Assembly: GCA_002269645.1 (NCBI GenBank)
Contig: NIVC01003765.1
Span: 1 to 64,000 of the forward strand
Reading direction: 5' to 3'
DNA length: 64,000 bases
Source: Macrostomum lignano
Lineage: Eukaryota
Position 1 is the first letter of the stretch; the number at the start of each line of letters is the position of its first letter. The position numbers and the translations under genes are program-made. The notes under the pieces are model-generated. The model searched no databases and was not told the origin of the DNA. It worked only from the letters and a program-made list of their open reading frames with translations. Below, in pieces: positions 26,201 to 34,515 of this stretch.

Positions 26201-29200
26201 TTAAACACTTAATATCTGCTTGTTAATTATCACCTCTTGCTATCGATGTCTTCATTTTTCTCGCTCCTCCATCCTCTCCCTCCTCTCTCTCTCTCCTCCT
26301 TTCCATCCTCTCTCCTCCTTTCCATCCTCTCTCCTCCTTTCCATCCTCTCCTTCCTCTCCATCCTCTCCCTCCTCTCCCTCCTCTCCTTCCTCTCCATCC
26401 TCTCCCTCTCCCTCCTCTCCTTCCTCTCCATCCTCTCCATCCTCTCCCTCCTCTCCCTCCTCTCCATCCTCTCCTTCCTCTCCATCCTCTCCCTCCTCTC
26501 CCTCCTCTCCTTCCTCTCCATCCTCTCCCTCTCCCTCCTCTCCTTCCTCTCCATCCTCTCCCTCCTCTCCATCCTCTCCTTCCTCTCCATCCTCTCCCTC
26601 CTCTCCCTCCTCTCCATCCTCTCCTTCCTCTCCATCCTCTCCCTCCTCTCCATCCTCTCCTTCCTCTCCATCCTCTCCCTCCTCTCCATCCTCTCCCTCC
26701 TCTTCCTCCTCTCCTTCCTCTCCTTCCTCTCCTTCCTCTCCATCCTCTCCCTCTTCTCCATCCTCTCCCTCCTCTCCATCCTCTCCCTCCTCTCCCTGTC
26801 CTCTCTCTTGCCTTTATTGCAGGCTTGTGATTCTTTCTGTTGTCACGCCTCAAGTTTTCCTCCTCGCTGAACGTTTTTTCAATTTTTTTAAATTCGGGAG
26901 AAGTTATAATAATTTTTTATCGTTCACATGGCCATCTCTGCAGTAGTATGTATGGCGAGCTGTAAATAAACTGTGTAGAATTTCGTCACTACAACCCACA
27001 CAGCGGTAAAGCAGAATTTCGCACCCGCTTCTGCATGGCCTCCTCTTCCCGAACTCCGCAGCTCGAAGTGACTGACGTGAACGACAACGCGCCGGAGTTC
27101 GATCCCCATCCTGGCAGCGTCTCTCTGTCCGGCCCGGCATCCGCTTGGATTGGCCGCCCGATTCCCGGCATTCGCCTGGTTGCTAGGGACGCCGACAGCG
27201 TTACCAATGGCAACGGACGCGTCTCGTACAGCGTGGCCGCTTCGCCGGAGTCGTCGCTGTTGGCCAGAGTTGACCCCGACGGTAACCTCATCCTGCTGGC
27301 TGAGCCGCCAGCCTCCGGCTCTCTCGAGCTGCTCATCGTGGCATCGGACAGCCCCGCCGCCTCGTCCGCCGGCCCGTTGAGCGCCTGCACCCTGGTGACG
27401 CTGCAGTTCCCGACTCCGACGGTCCCGCGGCAACCTGTGACTGTGCCGCTTGTGCTGCGCGTCAGAGAGGGCCTGGGACCTGGGGCGCTTGTGGGAGAGG
27501 TTGGTTGCAGATTATTCATATTGTCTGTCACATGTCAGTCATTCACATCCGCCTGTCACATGTCAGTCATTCACATCCGCTTGTCACATGTCAGTCATTC
27601 ACATCCGCCTGTCACATGTCAGTCATTCACATCCGCTTGTCACATGTCAGTCAATCACATCCGCTTGTCACATGTCAGTCATTCACATCCGCCTGTCACA
27701 TGTCAGTCATTCACATCCGCTTGTCACATGTCAGTCAATCACATCCGCTTGTCACATATCAGTCATTCAAATCTCGTGGCATGTCTTTCACTATCTTCCA
27801 TGAACGTTTGGCTCCTCAGGTGGCGCCGAACTGCAGCCTCTCGCCAAGCTCCAGCCTGTTTCACCTGAGCCTGTCTACAGGCCTCTTGACAACGCTTCGC
27901 ATCCTTGACTACGAGAGCAAGCAGCGCCACTCGCTCAGCGCCAACTGCACCAGCTTGGCGTCTCCGCTCCCGATCGAAGTTCTCATCGAAGACGTCGACG
28001 AGTTCCGGCCTGTGCTGCCGCGCCGCGAATTTCACCTGTCAGTCCCGAGTTCGAATCCGCATCCGCGCACCGGCCAGCTGCTGCCGCTGACGCTATCGGC
28101 TGTCGACGCCGACGGAGGCGCCGCCGGTCGCGTCGGCTTCTCGGCGCTTCTCAACGGCTTCCCCGCTGGCACCGACCGCCGTCACCGCAGCCGCCGCCTC
28201 AGGCTGGGCGTCAACGCCACCACAGGCCAGGTGTACATACGTCGCGGGTTCGATTCTGCTCGCCTGGTGGGCCCCGGTTCGACGCCTGCGGAACGACGGA
28301 ATTTCACCTACCGGCTGCGGGCCAGCAGCGGGCAGCTCGCCGCCGTGGCGACGCTCGTCCTGGAAGCGCCGGTGCCGCTGGCCGAAGCCAACGCGGCCGC
28401 GGACGCTGGCGGAGCCGCCCTCGCTGCTGGCATCGGCGGGGGCGTCCTCGGCGTCGTGGCTTTGATCGCCGTCGCGGTCCTGCTGGCTGTCCTCGGCTGC
28501 AGGCGGCGCTGCTGGCACCGCCGCCGACACTCGCGCCGCCGGCAGGGGAGGAAGCCGCCTTCGCCCGGTGCCGGCTCGCCGCCGCCGTCGCCCGCCATCT
28601 ACGACAGCTGCTTCGATCGACTGTCGCCGCAGGTGCCGCCGGCTTCGCTGCTGTTGCAGCAGCAGCCGCTGCCGCCGCCGCCACCGCCGCGCACGCAGAC
28701 GGACCTGTCCAGGCTGAGCAGCTCCGGCCGCGGCAGCAGCGACTGCGGCAGCGGCGTTGGCGTCGGCTTCGGCGACGGTGCCGAAGCCTCACTGCCGCGC
28801 GACCACCGGGAGTACCTGCTGCGCCTGGGCGTGCGCGAGCCGCCGCCGGATGCTGCCTCCCCGCTAAGGTGCCGGCGATGGTCCGGCGAGGATCACTACC
28901 AGGTTTGCTGCTCAGCATTGGCTGAATCCACCTCACCCCAGTCATCCACCTCACCCCAGTCATCCACCTCACCCCAGTCATCCACCTCACCCCAGTCATC
29001 CACCTCACCCCAGTCACCCACCTCACCCCAGTCACCCACCTCACCCCAGTCATCCACCTTACCCCCAGTCACCCGCCCACTGCACTCCAGTCACCCACCC
29101 ACCGCTAGTCACCCACCCCACTGCACTCCAGTCACCCACCCCACCGCCAGTCACCCACCCCACTGCACTCCAGTCACCCACCCCACCGCCAGTCACCCAC

Positions 29201-29619
29201 CCCACTGCACTCCAGTCACCCACTCCACTCCAGTCATCCACCTTACCCCCAGTCACCCACCTCACCCCCAGTCACCCACCCCACTCCAGTCACCCACCCC
29301 ACTCGTCACCCACCCCACTCCAGTCACTTACCCAGTTAGTTGAGCTGCCCGCAACCCGCAACCAAGCACTCGAATCGCCACCACCGATTCCCCTCGCCCG
29401 CAGGCCACGCCGGTGCCCAGCCTGGAGCTGCCCCGATCAACCGCCGCGGCCGCGTCCGCCTTCTCCCAGGCGGCGGCGCCATCGGGCCGGTTTCCCAGCC
29501 ACCTGGTGAGCTGGACCCCTCAGTACCAGCCTCTGGCCAGCGTGTTCGCGGAGATCGCCCAGCTCAAGGACGCTTCGGCCGCCGCAGCTGCTGCCGCTGC
29601 TGCTGAGGCAGAGGCTTGA
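7066..29619 (+). CDS. ds: Dachsous-like atypical cadherin, 9 coding exons, 2968 aa (join 7066-8262,12017-12846,13837-17023,17484-18036,20999-21950,22823-23273,27062-27499,27820-28902,29404-29619)
   Basis: Signal peptide MLPLLLLLPLLHS. Many cadherin repeats (DxNDNxPxF, LDRE/LDFE, AxDxD). One TM segment (GIGGGVLGVVALIAVAVLLAVLGC, ~28420-28500). The tail has SSSGRGS and SWTPQYQPLASVFAEIAQLKD, matching the conserved Dachsous/DCHS cytoplasmic motif (W.PQ(F/Y)QPLA.VF.EIA.LKD). All introns are GT-AG with matching phases and the exon lengths sum to 8907 nt = 2969 codons. Confidence 0.88.
8290..8625. repeat. 20-bp minisatellite in intron 1
   Basis: TCAATGATCTGACACCTCGA, about 14 regular copies from 8341 plus degenerate upstream copies. 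Confidence 0.95.
8985..9260. mobile_element. MITE-like inverted-repeat element
   Basis: CATCACAAACCCAAAAAATCGCAAC (~8993) is inverted to GTTGTGATTTTTCGGGTTTATGATG (~9227-9251). Inner arms GCCCATCATAAACCCGAGATATC / GATATTTCGGGTTTATGATGGGC. No TSD identified. Confidence 0.5.
9464..11392 (-). CDS. Intronless 642-aa ORF of unknown function, nested antisense in Dachsous intron 1
   Basis: Uninterrupted non-repetitive ORF (first ATG 11392, TGA 9464-9466). Ser/Arg-rich, with an acidic stretch, a Cys-rich patch (CSDEFCACDTQYCSCNFRTCCCEGDYQC) and a C-terminal heptad-like helix. Minus-strand AATAAA about 120 nt downstream (9341-9346). No family recognised. Confidence 0.7.
   Translation of the reverse strand: MDLTSEGISEAASSPSLCDFRRCAAAGDAHFRLPPDDGSSSVDAFNADTPLSCKRSPDRSRKTYKLTRFSTAEVCLTPDLQQAVVRSRSAVDSRPRSESSVVSSLNEKATASRRTHCFFESIFLRSLPVTPAREVSHNLLLESCTPMPTPVETDRPVIKTVRKHWCIVFCSSTPAQVLPSPRSYLVPSNLDCPCKHHCIDCHTGDAIDWPSSEQNILQKCSSMTRRVNRSFRYALQQQITRVSDDPSPVLAVEFKEEFNLQLELLYQQPQSWQSCAESTSESIYLQPAVSRREKVLFYCELSDCDETVTDWQMAAFYKLKCHPMTARCIREKPTASSDWRMEQWRIQCNEPQCAPLTEVLHPALHYSSGASTGDCGCTTDCQQMKPQWPPAPDPHSSHRTRDSDCCTSVSYSNVHSAPERRVDKRWRQRRRAPSDSPSASAVSTQSAETESAVLHTAIARGGFDHLLQTLERARLRYSGSAVSATFSCPGTGSGRRRRRQQSKACSFQTCHATCDLGLENDRNELEIEDEDVEESELENTQVLDGNQSNFEDNDCSDEFCACDTQYCSCNFRTCCCEGDYQCNDGLAEPSVQPLIDHSTASQRERREAKIIDSMSQSLLTLTKSLESCVRHIRGTVAELQRL
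12017..12846 (+). CDS. ds: Dachsous-like exon 2
   Basis: Acceptor CCCCTCAG|GTG at 12017. Cadherin motifs ATDSGAPPLS, VSAVDPD. Donor AA|GTTAGT at 12847 (phase 2) joins to give FFPIDK-LQVDVSEW. Confidence 0.85.
12938..13798. repeat. 15-17 bp minisatellite in intron 2
   Basis: Alternating GTGGGATTCGAGTTAAT, GTGGGATTCGAGTC(A/G)GT and GTGGGATTCGAATCT units. Confidence 0.95.
13837..17023 (+). CDS. ds: Dachsous-like exon 3 (multiple cadherin repeats, 13-Ala tract at 15944-15982)
   Basis: Acceptor CCCCAG|A at 13837. Repeated ENDNPP, DTNDHRP, DVNDAAP, DENDNWPVF and LDRE motifs. Donor GAG|GTGCGC at 17024, phase 0. Confidence 0.9.
17050..17420. repeat. Intron 3 minisatellite: ~22-bp monomers in a 67-bp higher-order unit
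   Basis: AGAATCTCTTCC recurs at 17085, 17152 and 17219 (67-bp period). It is built from three related AGAA...TCCGCCCA(T) monomers. Confidence 0.9.
17484..18036 (+). CDS. ds: Dachsous-like exon 4
   Basis: Acceptor GCGCAG|GTA at 17484, DQNDHRPEF motif, donor G|GTGAGG at 18037 (phase 1). Confidence 0.88.
18055..18495. repeat. 24-bp minisatellite in intron 4
   Basis: GTGTTACAGGGTGCTGACACAGTA, about 17 copies. Confidence 0.95.
19594..19805 (+). mobile_element. Degraded tRNA-derived SINE copy (same family as 45184-45533)
   Basis: GCCCAGCGGTAGCGCAGCTGCTCTGGTGTGCCAGCGA and TGTGTGAGTGTGTGCCTGCGTACGTATCCGCGCGC are shared with the 45.2-kb copy, with internal deletions. Confidence 0.8.
19841..20416. 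mobile_element. hAT/Charlie-like non-autonomous element with internal (TCCTC/TCATC)n low-complexity tract (19945-20345)
   Basis: Left end CAGGGGTTCGGCAAACTCCGGCCCGC and right end AAAGTTTGCGACAACTG form an imperfect TIR. Repeated subterminal GGCCCGC motifs resemble Charlie-type hAT ends. No matching 8-bp TSD. Confidence 0.45.
20690..20935 (+). mobile_element. SINE-like element, related subfamily
   Basis: Shares ATT(C/A)ATTTGGGGCT, GCCA(G/A)CCCC(C)AAGGCGCAG...ACATGCCT(G/A)ACGATAA and a 3' CAC..CCCCACT segment with the 45.2-kb SINE, but has a different 5' head. Confidence 0.55.
20999..21950 (+). CDS. ds: Dachsous-like exon 5
   Basis: Acceptor CCTCCCAG|GT at 20999 (phase 1), NVDDCAPVF and NKNNQKP motifs, donor AG|GTGTGT at 21951 (phase 2). 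Confidence 0.85.
21934..22762. repeat. 84-bp minisatellite (35+49 bp subunits), about 10 copies, spanning the exon 5/intron 5 junction
   Basis: GGCGGAGT(C/T)TATCT(T/C)AG recurs at 21934, 22018 and onward. The first copy begins inside exon 5. Confidence 0.95.
22823..23273 (+). CDS. ds: Dachsous-like exon 6
   Basis: Acceptor CATCTGCAG|G at 22823 (phase 2), PLDRE and EDNGQPRL motifs, donor ACG|GTGAGG at 23274. Confidence 0.85.
23440..24035. repeat. 21-bp minisatellite in intron 6
   Basis: CTGTCTTTGGGTAT(C/T)GG(GCAC/TTGT) tandem with variant types. Confidence 0.93.
24495..24850. repeat. 16-bp minisatellite in intron 6
   Basis: GTTTGTGAAGATTCCA tandem copies. Confidence 0.93.
25510..25668. repeat. 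GA-rich low-complexity tract
   Basis: Purine-only GGAGAGAGG-like repeats. Confidence 0.9.
26265..26812. repeat. TC-rich microsatellite (TCCTCTCCA/C/T)n
   Basis: Roughly 9-bp pyrimidine unit repeated over ~550 bp. Confidence 0.92.
27062..27499 (+). CDS. ds: Dachsous-like exon 7
   Basis: Acceptor CTCCGCAG|CTC at 27062 gives SAELT-LEVTDVNDNAPEF. Donor GAG|GTTGGT at 27500. Confidence 0.87.
27526..27770. repeat. 28-bp minisatellite in intron 7
   Basis: TGTCACATGTCAGTCATTCACATCCGC(C/T), about 9 copies. Confidence 0.95.
27820..28902 (+). CDS. ds: Dachsous-like exon 8 (last cadherin repeats, TM helix, proximal cytoplasmic tail)
   Basis: Acceptor CTCCTCAG|GTG at 27820. LDYE and EDVDEFRP motifs, a hydrophobic TM segment followed by RRRCWHRRR, and SSSGRGS. 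Donor CAG|GTTTGC at 28903. Confidence 0.87.
28926..29335. repeat. 18-bp minisatellite and degenerate derivatives in intron 8
   Basis: TCCACCTCACCCCAGTCA about 7 times, then CAGTCACCCAC-based degenerate units. Confidence 0.9.
29404..29619 (+). CDS. ds: Dachsous-like exon 9 (terminal, conserved cytoplasmic motif)
   Basis: Acceptor CCCGCAG|GCC at 29404, LVSWTPQYQPLASVFAEIAQLKD, TGA at 29617-29619. Confidence 0.87.
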   Translation, partial: ATPVPSLELPRSTAAAASAFSQAAAPSGRFPSHLVSWTPQYQPLASVFAEIAQLKDASAAAAAAAAAEAEA

Positions 29620-29679
29620 ATCCGCCTGCTGCTTTTATTGCAGCTGTATGGGTTTCAAAGTGGCTCCCTTAAGAGCATT

Positions 29680-29945
29680 CAATGGCACTTACAAAATATA
29701 AAATGGAACTTACAAGATCCAAAATGGCACTTACAAGATCCAAAATGGCACTTACAAGATCCAAAATGGCACTTACAAGATCCAAAATGGCACTTACAAG
29801 ATCCAAAATGGCACTTACAAGATCTAAAATGGCACTTACAAGATCCAAAATGGCACTTACAAGATCCAAAATGGCACTTACAAGATCTAAAATGGCACTT
29901 ACAAAATCCAAAATGGCACTTACAAAATCCAAAATGGCGCATAGA
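29680..29945. repeat. 21-bp minisatellite in the putative Dachsous 3' UTR
   Basis: AAAATGGCACTTACAAGATCC, about 12 copies, followed by AATAAA at 30007-30012. Confidence 0.93.
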
Positions 29946-31309
29946 AGATCCAAAGTGGCAGTTTTATGTCCACCAGCAGCGTGAGTATATAAACAAGTGC
30001 TTGCAAAATAAACAATGTACTTTACGGCGCACAAAGTGACACTTTCAATTTTAACCATACGAGTATATTACGGATCTCACGAATGTACAGTTGTTTTATC
30101 ACATCAACAGCAAACCACCTTGTCGTCCTGTTGTAGATCCATAAATCTGCACAACTCTTCAACGGCTTGCATTTCCAATGTCCCAATTAGCAAACATTAG
30201 ATACGCAATTCAATCTGCAGTTCTCTGCCCGATGCAGTGCATTTTTCTTTCCTTTCGCAACGCTTTGCTTCTAGTAGATTGTGCCGTTTTGCTGCTCTGC
30301 AATGGCCCACTACCGGCCCGATCTTCTAAGAGTACTTGGCAACCTCTATAGTGACCCTTCTGTCTATGCATTGAATCTCAGCAAACTTGAAATCGACAAT
30401 TGTATACTCACTGTAATACTGCATCAAATAGGCGAAAAGCAGTGACACATAATTCTGCTTTTTTTATACACTTAAATTTTTTTAATAAAGTTTTGTTGCT
30501 TACCGAAAAAGCAGCTCGTCATTGTTTTACAAGCGTTTATTAATGTGGGTTGGGGTATGACAGCAAGTCAAATAAACAATACAAATTTACATTTATTAAA
30601 ATCTTCGCAGACAACTAAGGAATCATTGCAGTTCAGCTATAATTATTAGCGAAAATTCATAAAATCGCTTCTGGCGCTAGCGGTGGTTCCGAAACAGCAA
30701 CTATAGCTCCGGATCACGTGAAGGAAGGCTTCATTCTCCCTTGAACGGTGAGGCTCGACGTCTTCTTCCCGTTCTCACCCAAAGGGCATGTGACACCTGT
30801 AGTCACTCGCCAAGACATGTTCTCCGACTGCAGGCATGTTTGGCCTTGTGTTTAGCGACGCTCCGTTTGTCGTTTAGAAAAAGGGCCGGTGGGCAGTACG
30901 GCATTGCTCTCGTGGCTGTCTCGTGGCAATTTTCTTTGCAGCAGGCTTTTTGTCAGCAGTTGCCTCCTGTTCACTGGCCACCTCGGAAAGGTCGTGTGCA
31001 TTCGGCCAGCTCGACGTCAGCGGCTGGAGCATTTTCATCCTGCAAAAGAATGCAGCTCGATCGAGCAGCAATGAAAATTGGGGCGAGCTTGGCGCTTGCA
31101 AGGCGGTAGCGATTCCCCTTCGAGGACGTTGAAAGTTTCGAGCTAAGAGGTTGATAAAAGACCTCGCCTCGTTCATAGTGTGAGACAAACACCAGCTCGG
31201 CGGGGCTCTTGCCACGGAATGCATGAAGATGAGACGCGATGATGGAAGCGAACCCTGTGCAAGTATGGAATGAATACCGGTCTTCATCATTTTGGCGGTC
31301 TAGGCGTTC

Positions 31310-31404
31310 GATGACGGCTTCCATTGGAGATCCGGGATTGAGAGACACCACCGGGATCCTCATCTTGCCCAGTGGACAAGAGGTGGCCGCGCTGCTGATG
31401 ACTC
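31310..31404 (+). pseudogene. Short degenerate relic of an atlastin-like G-domain segment
   Basis: GATGACGGCTTCCATTGGAGATCCGGGATTGAGAGACACCACCGGGATCCTCATCT...GGACAAGAGGTGGCCGCGCTGCTGATG aligns by eye to 32998-33120, with a 2-bp and a ~24-bp deletion. Confidence 0.85.
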
Positions 31405-32727
31405 GCTGCAATATTAGGGCTGATTGTTATCTTCTACTCGTACGAGCTAAGAGCTAGTTCTGTCTTTGTAGATGATGTCTACTGATGCCAACAGGGGATT
31501 TGCTATTGTCCTGTTGTACTCTCCAGCTAGTGCACATTCAGGCGCTCAGACCCCTAGCTCTCTCTCTCTCTCTCTCCGCTGTACAGATTTTCTAAGAAAA
31601 TTTACGCGATACTATATGCAAGTACGTTTGGGACAAGTATTTTCTGTTGGAATCTGTGGGAAGCACTCATGGAAGCTGATTTGTTGGAAATTCCAAGCCT
31701 GAGGTAAGCCATTGTTTAGCAATTTGGCGATCATTATTCACATTTTTAATGCAGAACAATATATTACTACAAACAATGCATTGTCTGTAGGATCGTCAAA
31801 CAGAAAAACAATGCAAAGAATCGGCGGTCGCAGCACGTGACAACGATTTGTCTATGGCTCGCGCCTGCCGGCGCTCGCCAGACAATCGTTGTCACGCACT
31901 GGGACCGCTGATTATTTATCCATTGTTTTACCCACGAGCTGCCACTGAACTTTCTATGTTCTAAGTAGGCAAACAGAAGTTACACAAAATCTAACATCGC
32001 AATACGTAATTTAATTTTTAAACAATTGGACTAACGAGCAACTTGCCAAAGAACTGCTCAAAGATCTTGTCAAACATCAATTTCGTTTGATTTTTTTCAG
32101 ATTTTTTTTCAAACTGATCGCTGCAACGAGTTTTAAAAGTTCGTTCACGCCACCAACAAACAAGAGAAAGTTTCACGTGAGCCACAAGGTTGTGCATACT
32201 TTTCATTGAGCACAGCTGAGGAAGAAGTACGAGCGTATTTCTGAGAAATTCCAAGAAATATCTTTGCACTCTCCCAGACTGCGGGTGCTCAAGTGCCTGC
32301 AGTTTTACAAAAGCACATTAATTGTGCATTCGATCAGTCGCGAGTATTTACTCAGTTTGAAGGACAAACTCGCAGAGAAAGACCGCGTGAGCAAATGCTC
32401 ACGAGTTTCAGCACATTTTATTTATATCGAGCTGACAAAATTCTCGTGTTTGAGTTTTTTCTCACTTTATTCATATGAGCTACATGCTCAGCTTATGGCA
32501 AGTCAAAGCGAACAGAAACTGTATGAAGATGATCTGTTTGATGTTAAGAGCACGATATTTTTAGCACAAGAGTTGGTGAGAAACTCCACAGCTTTCTATT
32601 GACAATAAAAGAAACACTGAGCAAATAATTAATCATAAAATATATAAAAAATTTCCTCAAAGCGTAGCAAGATTTTATTTCACCACTGCATTAAAACAAA
32701 CGAGATACCGATTTAACGGTGCTAAGC

Positions 32728-34515
32728 ATGGCCTCAAGCTATAATGCTGGGCGACCGCTGCCGCTTGTGGTGTCCGTGAAAGAGCGAACTGAAACTGGAC
32801 CAAGGTTTGAGCTCGATGCAGAAGTGCTGAAGCAGATGATGGATTTGGACAAACTGAGCAGCGCCAAGGTGGCCGTCATCAGCGTGACCGGAGCCTTCCG
32901 CACAGGCAAGTCCTTCCTGCTCAACTTCTTCCTGAGATACCTCCGAGCTCTCAGTCGAGGTGACACTCGTGACTGGATTCTATCTGAGGACCAGCTAGAC
33001 GACGGATTCCACTGGAGATCCGGGATTGAGAGAGACACCACCGGGATCCTCATCTGGTCCGAGCCGTTCTTCATCCGCAAGCCCGACGGACAAGAGGTGG
33101 CCGTGCTGCTGATGGACACTCAGGGCACATTCGATCACCAGTCGACTCAGCAGGACTGCACAACTATCTTTGCCTTCAGCACACTGATGAGCTCAGTGCA
33201 GATCCTCAACATTTCTCAGAAGGTCCAGGAGACGGATCTGCAGCACCTGCGGCTGTTTGTCGAGTTCGCTGGGATGGCGAAGGGCTCGAAGGAGAAGGCG
33301 CTGCAACACCTGTGGTTCCTTATCAGAGATTGGCAGAATCCTGATGATTTTGAGTACGGAGTCGCTGACGGAGCGGAGTATTTAAAGCAGATCTTAAAGT
33401 GCGACGAGCAGATGCCGAGAGAGAACCAGGAACTGAGGCAGGGCATCACGCATCACTTCGAGCAGGCGTCATGCTGTCTGCTGCCGCATCCTGGAAACGC
33501 CGTAGCCTCGTCGAAGTTCCGCGGCGAGCTTAAAAAACTTGATGCAATGTTTGTCGACGAGCTGGAAAAGTTTGTGGCCCTCATCGCGTCACCTGAGAAC
33601 ATTCCAGTGAAGCAGATCAACGGCAGAGACTTCAAGGGTGTGGACTTCTTCGCTCTGAAGGAGTACTTTGACGCCATTTGCAGCAGCAGGCTGCCAACTC
33701 CGAGAAGCATATTTACGGCCACCGTCGACATGATCAACGTTCTCGCTGCCTCGGAGGCGAAGCAGCTCTTTGAGACGAAGATCCAGGAGTTCTTCCGATC
33801 GGAGTCGTCGTTGGACATTAGCTCTGCCGAGATGGACAAAGTCCTCGCCGGCATCGAGAAAGAGGCGTTAAAGCTGTTCAACTCTCGGTGCATGGAAGTC
33901 GCGGATTTTGACGTTGACTGCGTGAAGAGGAGGCTGCAGGAGGAGCTGCGATCGATTGGCAGCAAGCAGGCGCTGCTGCTCCAAGAGACTGCAAGGAAGA
34001 AGGAGGCGGACGCGAGGGCGGACTTGCTGGCGAAGGAGCTCGAGACCCAGCGGGCGGCGTACGCTGAGGGCGTGCAGAAGATGCAGCAGTTGGAGGCTGA
34101 CTTCCAGAAGCGAGTGGAGGAGATTCGGGCGAACAGCGTGAGCAAGGAAGAGATGACTCGACGACTGAAAGTGGAATCGGATAGTTACAACATGCGGATC
34201 AGCTGTCTGGAAACCGATAAAAGGTTTATGGAAGGTCGTCTCTCTGAATTAAGCCGCAGCCAAAGCGAGAAATCCAACAGTGCTGTGCAGCGGCTTGAAC
34301 GCGAGGTCAGCAGTCTTCGGAATGAGAAGGAAAAGCTCGACAGAGAACGAAACGAGGAGCGTAGAAACGCTAACAGAGAAATTTCGGAGATCCAAAGAAA
34401 CTTGGAAGCAGTGATGTTCGCGCTGAAAAATGAAGAGGCCAACAGTAGACAGAGTGCCCAAAAGCTGAACGAGATACAAGATAGCTTCAATAAAGGCAAC
34501 TGTGTGATGATGTGA
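32728..34515 (+). CDS. ATL: Atlastin-family GTPase, TM-less, coiled-coil C-terminus, CaaX (CVMM); 595 aa, intronless (copy 1)
   Basis: P-loop GAFRTGKS, ERDTTG, LLMDTQG, LIRDW and CCLLPHPG are characteristic of atlastins. There is no TM hairpin. The tail is E/K/R/Q-rich and helical and ends in CVMM. The symbol denotes family, not orthology. Confidence 0.9.
   Translation: MASSYNAGRPLPLVVSVKERTETGPRFELDAEVLKQMMDLDKLSSAKVAVISVTGAFRTGKSFLLNFFLRYLRALSRGDTRDWILSEDQLDDGFHWRSGIERDTTGILIWSEPFFIRKPDGQEVAVLLMDTQGTFDHQSTQQDCTTIFAFSTLMSSVQILNISQKVQETDLQHLRLFVEFAGMAKGSKEKALQHLWFLIRDWQNPDDFEYGVADGAEYLKQILKCDEQMPRENQELRQGITHHFEQASCCLLPHPGNAVASSKFRGELKKLDAMFVDELEKFVALIASPENIPVKQINGRDFKGVDFFALKEYFDAICSSRLPTPRSIFTATVDMINVLAASEAKQLFETKIQEFFRSESSLDISSAEMDKVLAGIEKEALKLFNSRCMEVADFDVDCVKRRLQEELRSIGSKQALLLQETARKKEADARADLLAKELETQRAAYAEGVQKMQQLEADFQKRVEEIRANSVSKEEMTRRLKVESDSYNMRISCLETDKRFMEGRLSELSRSQSEKSNSAVQRLEREVSSLRNEKEKLDRERNEERRNANREISEIQRNLEAVMFALKNEEANSRQSAQKLNEIQDSFNKGNCVMM

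Noticed and set aside
20959-29343. ORF-track proteins that run through repeats (20959-22920, 23324-24057, 26220-26870, 27505-29343)
   Set aside because: The extensions are intronic minisatellites that happen to lack stops. Phase-consistent GT-AG junctions remove them.
30741-31290. hAT transposase dimerisation-domain remnant (FLSAVASCSLATSERSCAFGQL)
   Set aside because: The resemblance to the S..SER.FS motif is too weak to support without a profile search.
31836-31896. Small inverted repeat CGTGACAACGATT..GTCT / AGACAATCGTTGTCACG
   Set aside because: It is real but single and short, with no TSD or second copy, so no function or element can be assigned.
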